Shown here one piece after another: positions 55,101 through 62,692 of a stretch of DNA of 64,000 bases (positions within the stretch are counted from its first letter, which is position 1; the number at the start of each line of letters is the position of its first letter). The notes beneath the pieces are model-generated. The model made no database searches and was not told the origin of the DNA. It saw nothing but the letters and a program-made list of their open reading frames with translations. The translations under genes were made by a program, and so were the position numbers. Source of the stretch: a virus (taxonomy: Duplodnaviria > Heunggongvirae > Uroviricota > Caudoviricetes); the IMG/VR virus record IMGVR_UViG_3300027708_000034, positions 18,332-82,331 of that record. One strand, 5' to 3'.

Positions 55101-55278
55101 TAAAAGTCACTGTTGTGTTATTATAGGCGATATCTGCAAAATTATAGATTATGATATTTTTTGTGATATTGGTAACAATCAGCAATTGGTTAAGATCCCA
55201 TTTGCCGGGTACACTTATAGTCCCGTTGGTGGCTGTTCCGGGTGCGAACACATAAGTTCTTAATAGTTGCTTAGCCAT
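52129..55278 (-). CDS. Large virion structural protein (1049 aa; baseplate/fiber-associated)
   Basis: Very long T/S/G/N-rich ORF with beta-rich repeats, located between fiber genes. Confidence 0.55.
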   Translation of the reverse strand: MAKQLLRTYVFAPGTATNGTISVPGKWDLNQLLIVTNITKNIIIYNFADIAYNNTTVTFSRANTASFPQALQNTDGVTTFRLGYDTSAMSSTDSLQIFVERNEIVTRPWSLGTDAFERTRMAAPQSMLDADFEYGLQPTKWQTLSMVRGYPGIYEIPGTDLSNISSITTDYSNGGSVDAESLITVTCSSPHNLSTSTPITVKALLSSASGYARAEGSFVINAVTGTNIFNYYAKARVGSAIGETISSTYTQIRKGGFYTGASIGTPTFTVIGSGASTTGTVTVSFAANHGLVPGNSIYVAIGSDNGSNNNNLCQGPFYISTVTTGTSLVYMARSVGSITGTVTGTIYVRSDSFYVHRPYDGGVSLGNGGPQHGAQSVRMSKKYIRYQSGKAINYNTGGLFAPNYDIRSLTASGTTIGSTVTVVVDDVDHGLQVSAVIQISGVTSGGYNGTYTVAGIVDERTFLFFATNTLDTTTAILDTPCLVSLVTWSGSTVRAGTFDEQNGMFIQYDGQVMALGLRTSTLQLAGTISVIPDSNLITGTNTRFRDQLIAGDRIVIRGMTHVVSAVNSQTSITITPDYRGVIASTGVKAVKTRDIIIPQSQWNNDRCDGTNSVFNPSGYNLIPNKMQMIGLQWTWYGAGFIDYMLRGPDGNYLTMHRIKNSNVNNEAYMRTGNMPVRYEVTNEGARSALATDISSAGTVMTLTDVTYFANSGTIMIDNEIIPYTAKTTATNQLTLGARGSSFTQWVAGQNRTFSGSGAFAHTSGTGVIVVGQTASPVISHWGSAFLTDGGFDNDRGYIFNYAATNIAAQIRKTTAFAIRLSPSVSNAITGDLGVRELINRAQLLLQGIEITAGTSAAGQALIIEGILNPSNYPSNTNNITWTNLTSSGQPSFSQVASGNSITFDNVSTGTLSATGGFPNQSVVGVASTASVAIGDAVYNGNFLQGGTVVTSIGASTITVSQPLISVANGNFNFGRNQYANPGEQIFSFISSPSSKDGLDLTPLKELTNTPIGGRGAYPNGPDVLMINVYVTQGSAVNANLVLRWGEAQA

Positions 55279-55302
55279 TTGTTAAAATCCTTTTAATCTT
55301 CA

Positions 55303-57258
55303 TTACATTCCCAGTACTATGGACATTGCCACACTAAAACTTTTTAGACTGTTTACACTACTTATCGGTGTAGTACTGGTCTGGCCAGAAATCACTTTCA
55401 CAACATCTCCAGCTGATCTAGCCACAGTCAGTGTTATAGTAGTACCATTCAATGCTGTAAAATCTCCTGATCCAAACAGTATGCCATTTACATAAACTTG
55501 TGCAGTACCCGGAGTATATCCACTGGGAATAGTGAATACTGTTTGACCGGCAGTGGCTATTAGTTCTTGTATATTTAATGGTATGATCTGCTGTCCGTTG
55601 GTAAAGACGTTGCCGGCATACATGCTGCCGCCAATGCCAACCCCACCTGTTACGGTCAACGCACCAGTTAGTGTAGAACTAGCAGCGGTCAATCCAGATA
55701 TAGACATCCTAGACACACCACTGATAGTTCCACCAGCAACACCAGTAGTGGCAAAACTTGACGCATAAACAGTGCCGCCAAAGCCCGCTCCGCCAGCAAC
55801 GATCAACGCGCCGGTCTGTGTAGAAGTAGCCGATGTGGCATTGGTAACAGTAAATGCAGAGGTTACATTGCCAGTGACAGTCAAATTAGTGGCAGTTATG
55901 TTTACTGCTTGGAAACTGGTCACTCCGGTGATCGAACCGCCGGTGCCAGTTGTGGTATATGAGGTGGCTGTAACAACCGTGGCTACTATATTTGTGGCAC
56001 TGACATTTGTAGCATATAGATAAGAAACACATCTAATGACGCCAAGTCCAGAGCCTCCAACGAATCCCTGAGCATAGACAGTTCCACCAACACCCAAGCC
56101 GCCTGCTACCACTAGAGCGCCGGTCTGTGTAGAAGTGGCCGATGTGGCATTAGTAAGAGTGAATGCCGAAGTTACATTACCAGTGATGCTCAAATTAGTA
56201 GCAGTCACGGTACCAGTGACGTTGATGTTTAAACCAGAATATTGATTTACTCCGGTGATCACTCCAAGTCCACCCGATCCATAAAATGCAGCGGCGTAAA
56301 TATCACCGCCGATACCCACACCACCACGTACCTGCAGAGCACCTGTAGTGGTACTGGTACTCGAAGTGGTGTTCAATATTACGAATGTAGCTGTCGTACC
56401 AGTACTGGATGAGGAGGATGCCGCGGCATACAATCCAATAGTAGCAGTGGTGATGATCTGAGCGCCGGCAATGAATGAAGAAGTGCCGATATAAACAGCG
56501 CCACCGATGCCAACTCCGCCTGTTACTATCAATGCGCCAGTCGTAGTTGATGTTGATGTAGCAGTACTGGTTATTGTGGCCGTAGATGCTGACAAAAATC
56601 CAACACCGGTAATAAATCCACTGCCAGCTACACCGGCAGTTACGATACTGGTGGCGGTTATTACTCCACCAACAAATAATCCGCCGCCAACACCAACTCC
56701 GCCTACTACCTGTAGAGCACCTGAATTGGTACTGGTTGTGCTGGCAGTGCTGGAGATAACGAATGTGCCAGTAGTACCGGTACTGGCGGTGCCTGCCGCA
56801 GCATAAAGACCAATAGTGGCAGTGGTGATGATCTGTGCACCAGCGATGAATGACGCAGTTCCTATATAAACAGCACCACTGATACCAACGCCGCCAGTTA
56901 CCTGTAAAGCGCCAGTTGTAGTCGATGTAGATGCAACATTGCCAATTATTGTGGCAGTGGATGCTGATATGAAAGCAGCACCAGTGATAGATCCAGCTCC
57001 AACACCACCTGTTACAATACTAGTAGCAGTTATCACACCGCCAACATATAAGTTACCGCCAATACCCGCCCCGCCCCTCACTTGCAGAGCACCTGTAGTG
57101 GTACTAGTAGACGATGCCGTGCTAGAAACTACTAATGTAGTGGTAGCGGTTACTGCTCCAGCAACTCTAGTCCAAGAGTTGGTGGCTGAACTATAGGTAT
57201 AGGTAATACCGTTTAGTGAGGCAGTTTGTCCATTAGTGGGTGATAAGGGGAATGACAC
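55303..57258 (-). CDS. Fiber protein with about six tandem repeats of roughly 50 aa (TSTTTGALQVxGGVGIGGxVYxG...ATSIVTGGVG)
   Basis: Internal periodicity visible in the translation. Thr/Gly/Ala/Val-rich beta-solenoid-like repeats. Confidence 0.6.
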   Translation of the reverse strand: MSFPLSPTNGQTASLNGITYTYSSATNSWTRVAGAVTATTTLVVSSTASSTSTTTGALQVRGGAGIGGNLYVGGVITATSIVTGGVGAGSITGAAFISASTATIIGNVASTSTTTGALQVTGGVGISGAVYIGTASFIAGAQIITTATIGLYAAAGTASTGTTGTFVISSTASTTSTNSGALQVVGGVGVGGGLFVGGVITATSIVTAGVAGSGFITGVGFLSASTATITSTATSTSTTTGALIVTGGVGIGGAVYIGTSSFIAGAQIITTATIGLYAAASSSSSTGTTATFVILNTTSSTSTTTGALQVRGGVGIGGDIYAAAFYGSGGLGVITGVNQYSGLNINVTGTVTATNLSITGNVTSAFTLTNATSATSTQTGALVVAGGLGVGGTVYAQGFVGGSGLGVIRCVSYLYATNVSATNIVATVVTATSYTTTGTGGSITGVTSFQAVNITATNLTVTGNVTSAFTVTNATSATSTQTGALIVAGGAGFGGTVYASSFATTGVAGGTISGVSRMSISGLTAASSTLTGALTVTGGVGIGGSMYAGNVFTNGQQIIPLNIQELIATAGQTVFTIPSGYTPGTAQVYVNGILFGSGDFTALNGTTITLTVARSAGDVVKVISGQTSTTPISSVNSLKSFSVAMSIVLGM

Positions 57259-57271
57259 CAGTAGTTCCTAT

Positions 57272-57637
57272 TTAGAGAGGCATCCAGTCAGTAGCTGCTT
57301 CGTCCCATTGATACATTTTGCCATCAGTAGGATACGGTGTCGGTGCTTCCCAAAGCCAATTAGTAGCTTCGCTGATAGTCCATGAATTGAAGGGCCTCGG
57401 CGGGTAAAAAACATCGTGTTTCGAATCGTAGATATAGCCAATACCTGCATAATTTCCCCGTAACGCAACACCGCCATCCGGTTCACCGTTGGCATTATAA
57501 TGCACATTCCCTCGGGTATTATAGCTGGTCTGTATCCATACTCCCGGCGTATCGTCTACATAACTGTCGATAAATTCTTGTTCTGCTACGATAACTCTCT
57601 GTACTTTACCGTATGCAACTTTTGCGAAATGACTCAT
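57272..57637 (-). CDS. Hypothetical protein (121 aa)
   Basis: ORF. Preceded by the conserved 24-nt BglII-palindrome element. Confidence 0.45.
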   Translation of the reverse strand: MSHFAKVAYGKVQRVIVAEQEFIDSYVDDTPGVWIQTSYNTRGNVHYNANGEPDGGVALRGNYAGIGYIYDSKHDVFYPPRPFNSWTISEATNWLWEAPTPYPTDGKMYQWDEAATDWMPL

Positions 57638-57661
57638 TTTACTATTCCTTTTTACTATTTA

Positions 57662-57686
57662 ACTCAGATGCAGATCTGTTAGAAAG
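57662..57686 (-). repeat. Conserved upstream element ACTCA(G/C)ATGCAGATCTGTTAGAA (second copy at 62672-62697), containing the palindrome CAGATCTG
   Basis: A 24-nt match with one mismatch between the two loci. In both it sits 25-50 nt upstream (minus strand) of a gene start and is followed by TAAATAGTA...AAAGGA. Confidence 0.5.
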
Positions 57687-57700
57687 ATATATTTCCTATA

Positions 57701-58627
57701 TTAGTAGTTTTTCTTAATGACAAATCTACCGCCGCTGCCACTTCCGGAACTGGTTCCTCCAGTTCCTGCTGTACCTCTATCAGCATCGGCATTATTACCC
57801 GCAACACTGCCGCTACCGGCAGTGGTGGTGCCACTGGTAATGCCCGCGCCGCCGATGTAACCAGATCCACCTCCGGCACCCGCCCCTGCGGTGTCACCGC
57901 CACCTCCACCACCGCCAAAATATCCGCCACCTCCACCACCGCCGCCTGCGTCGCCGGAACAAAGGATACCGCCGCCGCCATTACCAAATCCCAATCCGCC
58001 GGCGGCCGAAACCCCGCCACCACCTGATCCATTACCTCCATTACGACCGCTTCCAGCAACTCCTGTTCTTCTAGATCCAACCCCGCCGGCACCCGCTGCA
58101 GATTGTGTTCCGCCATAACCTCCGATGCTGCCACTACAGGTACCGTTAACACCTGTGGCACCACCACCGGCACCACCGCCGCGTGTGCCGCTGCTGTCGC
58201 CAGATCCTCCACCACCACCGGCTACAATAATTGCTGTTGATCCAACAGCGGTCTGCATGCCTGTACCAGCGCCACCGCCTGATCCAACACGGCTTGCGGC
58301 GGTTCCAGTACCGCCGCCACCTACTATAATCTGATAATTGGTTCCAGCACTAAATGTAAAGTTACCGGTTGAATTTCCACCACCACCGCCGGCGGCACCG
58401 CTGGCTGATCCACCGCCGCCGCCCCATAGCTTGAGTGTCGTAGGAACACTATTACCGGTGGCACTTATAGTATAGGTCGTATTGGCAGTGGTTATTACTA
58501 GATCGCCATCTCCTGCCAAATCCCAAGTTGTTTTCCCAGAAACTGCTGGAGAAATCGTGAGTGTAAGAGGAAATGCTCCCATGGTTAAGGTTCCTCCTAT
58601 TCTAACGCCGCTGCCGCCGATGATCAT
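57701..58627 (-). CDS. Glycine-rich protein, MIIGG family member (308 aa)
   Basis: N-terminus MIIGGSGVRIGG. More than 45% Gly with GGGGG runs. Confidence 0.55.
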   Translation of the reverse strand: MIIGGSGVRIGGTLTMGAFPLTLTISPAVSGKTTWDLAGDGDLVITTANTTYTISATGNSVPTTLKLWGGGGGSASGAAGGGGGNSTGNFTFSAGTNYQIIVGGGGTGTAASRVGSGGGAGTGMQTAVGSTAIIVAGGGGGSGDSSGTRGGGAGGGATGVNGTCSGSIGGYGGTQSAAGAGGVGSRRTGVAGSGRNGGNGSGGGGVSAAGGLGFGNGGGGILCSGDAGGGGGGGGYFGGGGGGGDTAGAGAGGGSGYIGGAGITSGTTTAGSGSVAGNNADADRGTAGTGGTSSGSGSGGRFVIKKNY

Positions 58628-58641
58628 AATATATATATTTC

Positions 58642-59547
58642 CTAGAATATTATAGAACCTGATGCAGTGAATATGTAAAATATGGTACTGCTTGTGACAT
58701 ATTGATTGGCATTTGTAGATATTGCTGCTGCGTATGTTATTGGATAACGCACTATAACCACACCACTACCGCCAGTGGCTCCAAGATTGCCGCCACCTGC
58801 TCCACCACCGGTATATGGTTGACCGTTGCCGCCTGCTAAACTCGTACCAGATCCGCCGGATGACACACCATTTCCTCCACCACCCAAAGCACCAGTTCCG
58901 CCAGTGCCGTTGGCCATGCCACCGCCACCACCTGCAAAGTAAACTTGGCCACCACTAATTTCCCCAACACCTGCTGCTGTTGCGGTTGGTACACAAATAA
59001 ATGTAGTGGCCACGCCAGCACCGCCAGCACCGCCAGTATTTGCTCCACTAGAGCCAGCGATACCAATTCCACCCACTCCTCCTGCTCCACCACCGCCACC
59101 GCCTGCACTATTGGCAGTGATACAGCTAGTCCTAGCTCGACCACCTGCAAATCCTTGTCCCGCGATACCAGCACCGCCCGCAGTACTGCTACGGCCGCCG
59201 CCCCCGCCACCAGAGCCGCCTGCAAGCCCTGCAGTATTGAACACGCCTCCACGTCCACCGCCAGTGGCTGTTACTGCATCGATAGAAGATGCGCCGCCGC
59301 AGGTCTTTACACCGCCTGGTCCAACAACAATGCTGATTGGCGTGCCTTGGACTACTGCTAAAGTTCCAGTCAATACTCCGCCAGCGCCACCAGCTGCAAT
59401 ACCTGCATTTCCATCACCGGATTGGGGTGACCCACCGCCGCCTGCCACCAAAAAATACTGGATCGAAGGCGGTGGATTTCGTATGATAAAATCTGATATG
59501 CTAAAAGGGCCACCCCCTATTGTAACGCCGCCACCGCCGATGATCAT
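58642..59547 (-). CDS. Glycine-rich protein, MIIGG family member (301 aa)
   Basis: N-terminus MIIGGGGVTIGG. C-terminus FYIFTASGSIIF shared with paralogs. Confidence 0.55.
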   Translation of the reverse strand: MIIGGGGVTIGGGPFSISDFIIRNPPPSIQYFLVAGGGGSPQSGDGNAGIAAGGAGGVLTGTLAVVQGTPISIVVGPGGVKTCGGASSIDAVTATGGGRGGVFNTAGLAGGSGGGGGGRSSTAGGAGIAGQGFAGGRARTSCITANSAGGGGGGAGGVGGIGIAGSSGANTGGAGGAGVATTFICVPTATAAGVGEISGGQVYFAGGGGGMANGTGGTGALGGGGNGVSSGGSGTSLAGGNGQPYTGGGAGGGNLGATGGSGVVIVRYPITYAAAISTNANQYVTSSTIFYIFTASGSIIF

Positions 59548-59575
59548 AATGTATATTTCCTATATTAATAATTTT

Positions 59576-61729
59576 CTAACCACCGATTAGTTGTGCTGTC
59601 GGTGGTGTGAATGCGGCTGTATATCTAGCATAGCCTTTGGTTACTCGGTAGTCATCCATATATCCATTAAAGAAAAAGGTACCGCTTAGGTATGCTACTC
59701 TACCAATGTTATAGGGAATAGTTGCATCAGTGTATATAGCACTCGATGATGTAAAAGTCCTATCCACCACACCATTTACAAAACTTCTGAATGTGCTGCC
59801 ACTGCGGGTAACAGCAATATGATACCAAGTATTTGCGGACAATAGTATGTTGCCCCTATTGCCGACAGTGTCGCATTCCAAAATGTCCCAGCTGGTGCCG
59901 TTGCTACTAGCCCACATACATACTTGCTGTCCCCATATTTCCAATCCAAATCCCTTATAGTGTGAGGCAGTGTCAGTTCCTGGGCCTGATACGTATTTTC
60001 TAGCACTAGTATCTCCAATGTATACCCATGTTTCTATTGTAAAGTCAGCTTTTGAGAAAAGGAATGAGTGTGTGTTTGGTAAAAAACAATAATCAGTTGA
60101 TCCATTGAACTTCAAGGATGCTGTACCGTATTTGACCTGGGTAGTACTGGCCTGAGCAGAACCCACAGTGATCACATCGTTCATGGCTGCTGAATCATAG
60201 ATGCCAGCGTTGGCAAAATTGAGTAACAATTGAGTATTAGTCACTGTTGTTAGTGGAGTAGTCGGAGGGGTAAAGTTACTGGTATAGACTGCCGTGCCTT
60301 TGACGATGCGAAGATCGCTAAGGTATCCATTGTATTGAAAATTGACTGTACCTACATCGTCGTACCCAATTCTCAGAGTCTGCGCAGCCGAACTAGGAAG
60401 TGTTATGGTAGTTGGGCCCGCTACTGAAACTCCGTTGACATATATCCTTGCGCTGCCGGCATTACACACCACTGCTATATGATACCAATTGTTCAATGCT
60501 ATAGTACCGGATGGAGCTCCAATGAGGGTTCCGGGGCTACCATATGGTCTATACCATCCAAAACTTCCGTTGTTGTCGTACCCTATATCCCAGCCAGCAG
60601 CATCACCGTTGGCGCCTGCCATTAGTAATCGGCATTGATTTCCCGATGTAGGAGTAGCCATAGAGTACATCCACCATTCTATGGTCCATGTACTGCTAGA
60701 TAAGTCAAACACACTAGATGACGGAAGTGTTAATTTATCTCCACTGCCATTGAAGTACGCACTAGTACCAATTGTGCCGGCAGTATATTCAGTTTGGCCA
60801 TTTCCAAAAGGACCAAAACGTTGGATACTTGGATTGCTAACTGTGGTTACAGCAAAGGCATTGCTACTTCTATCGATGATTCTATTATCTTGGAACAACA
60901 ATAACTGTACACCCGAGGCTCCTTGACTAGTTGTTGTTACGGCAGCAGTTGGTGGTGTGAATATGGTAGTTCCAGCAGTGGTACTGGTAGTAGAGTACGA
61001 GGTAGGTACAGCGCCGATACACATCCTGAAATTGCTTATATACATTTCAGTTAAATCTCCGCCCAGTTGTGAGTTGGTTCCAAAGCTGGTATTTGAAGTT
61101 CCGTTAATGTTGGTTGAGTTTGCAGTGGCTTCGCGCAGTATTCCATTTACAAATAATCTAAGATATCCGTTTTGTCTAGATGACACTACATGTATCCATT
61201 GTCGAACATGCCCTGAACCGTTGGTGCCAGTGGTATCGTATGTTGCACTATTATATGTTTGACTATTGCCGTCGACTAGTGTTTGTATCAAGGTATCAAC
61301 AGTACCAAATGCCAATTCAACACCTATGCTGCCTGCTAGACCGTAGTTACTCTGATGACTCCAGACTCGGGTATAATTCGCCGGCTGTTTTGCTATGTAT
61401 AACCAGCACTCGATTGAAAAATCTCCAGTACCAATTGCTCTGGTAGCGCTGTATGGCAAATAAGCATAGCTGCTGGTACCGTTGGTATACAAACTCCAAT
61501 TATTACCATACGGGCTAAATGAACCCTGTGTTGTTGTACCAGTACGAGTGATAGAGAAATTGTTAGAGGAAGAATCTAAGAAAGTATTATTCTGTGCAGC
61601 GTTGGCACCATCTCCATAAAATAGTGCAGTTACATAATTGAATTGAGCGTCAGTTGGCGTTGGTACAACAGCAGGTCCTAATATTTGTACCCTACCTTGT
61701 ATTACAATTCCACTACCGGTGATAATCAT
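59576..61729 (-). CDS. Structural protein (717 aa) sharing the MIITGSGI N-terminus of the Gly-rich family but with a large non-Gly-rich beta-rich body
   Basis: N-terminus MIITGSGIVIQG. T/S/N/G-rich lectin/fiber-like body. Confidence 0.55.
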   Translation of the reverse strand: MIITGSGIVIQGRVQILGPAVVPTPTDAQFNYVTALFYGDGANAAQNNTFLDSSSNNFSITRTGTTTQGSFSPYGNNWSLYTNGTSSYAYLPYSATRAIGTGDFSIECWLYIAKQPANYTRVWSHQSNYGLAGSIGVELAFGTVDTLIQTLVDGNSQTYNSATYDTTGTNGSGHVRQWIHVVSSRQNGYLRLFVNGILREATANSTNINGTSNTSFGTNSQLGGDLTEMYISNFRMCIGAVPTSYSTTSTTAGTTIFTPPTAAVTTTSQGASGVQLLLFQDNRIIDRSSNAFAVTTVSNPSIQRFGPFGNGQTEYTAGTIGTSAYFNGSGDKLTLPSSSVFDLSSSTWTIEWWMYSMATPTSGNQCRLLMAGANGDAAGWDIGYDNNGSFGWYRPYGSPGTLIGAPSGTIALNNWYHIAVVCNAGSARIYVNGVSVAGPTTITLPSSAAQTLRIGYDDVGTVNFQYNGYLSDLRIVKGTAVYTSNFTPPTTPLTTVTNTQLLLNFANAGIYDSAAMNDVITVGSAQASTTQVKYGTASLKFNGSTDYCFLPNTHSFLFSKADFTIETWVYIGDTSARKYVSGPGTDTASHYKGFGLEIWGQQVCMWASSNGTSWDILECDTVGNRGNILLSANTWYHIAVTRSGSTFRSFVNGVVDRTFTSSSAIYTDATIPYNIGRVAYLSGTFFFNGYMDDYRVTKGYARYTAAFTPPTAQLIGG

Positions 61730-61746
61730 TTGTATTTCCCTTATTT

Positions 61747-62649
61747 TTAGAAACTTATATATCCCGATGCAGTGAATATATAAATTCTATTATTGCCCGA
61801 CAACACTGGCGTTATAGTCGTGCCCGTAATTGTCGCACTGGTATAAGAAGATGGGTAACGGATGATAACGATCCCAGAGCCGCCTGCGCCGCCAGTGTTG
61901 TTAAACTCAGAGCCAGCACCGCCACCTCCACCACTATTGGCAGTTGCGTTTGATCCGCTGAGGTTAGTATTGGCACCTGCGCCGCCGCCGCCACAGCCGC
62001 CAGTTCCAGGTCTCGATCCGTTGTGCGTAGCGCCTCCACCACCACCTGCGTAGTAGGTTGCTGTGCCAGAAATAGAAGACAAAATTCCAATACCACCATT
62101 ACCTCTTATCGCAGTGTTTGCGTCGTTATATGAAACACCTGCCCCGCCTGCGCCGCCGCCGCCGCCACCCACGTCTAGATTGTTATTACTATCTGATCCG
62201 CCAGTGCCACCAGCAAATCCTTGGCCACAGGTTCCGCCGCCACCCGCAGCTCCAGCACTGGCGCCAACACCGCCGCCGCCACCAGACCCCCCAGCAACAC
62301 CAGCTAGTCCAACACTCGACCTATAAGAGCCGCCGCCGCCGCCACCTGCTGAAGTGATTGTAGAAAAAGCTGAAGGATTGCCACTAGATCCAGCAGGTCT
62401 ACAACCGTTGCCGCCTGAAGCAGTCCCTGGCCCACCAGGACCAATAGTCACTGTGTAACTGATACCTGCTGATACAGCAAAACCAACGGCAGTTCTAGCA
62501 CCACCAGCGCCGCCGCCGCCACCTGACTGCGTACCGCCGCCGCCGCCTCCGGCAACTACTAGATATTCTACCGTAGGTGGGGCAGTTGGAGCAGATGTAT
62601 CTCCTATTTGAATAAACCCACCCATCGTAATTCCAGCACCGATAATCAT
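61747..62649 (-). CDS. Glycine-rich protein, MIIGG family member (300 aa)
   Basis: N-terminus MIIGAGITMGG. C-terminus RIYIFTASGYISF. Confidence 0.55.
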   Translation of the reverse strand: MIIGAGITMGGFIQIGDTSAPTAPPTVEYLVVAGGGGGGTQSGGGGGAGGARTAVGFAVSAGISYTVTIGPGGPGTASGGNGCRPAGSSGNPSAFSTITSAGGGGGGSYRSSVGLAGVAGGSGGGGGVGASAGAAGGGGTCGQGFAGGTGGSDSNNNLDVGGGGGGAGGAGVSYNDANTAIRGNGGIGILSSISGTATYYAGGGGGATHNGSRPGTGGCGGGGAGANTNLSGSNATANSGGGGGAGSEFNNTGGAGGSGIVIIRYPSSYTSATITGTTITPVLSGNNRIYIFTASGYISF

Positions 62650-62692
62650 TGTGTCAACTGTCCTTTGTACTATTTACTCACATGCAGATCTG

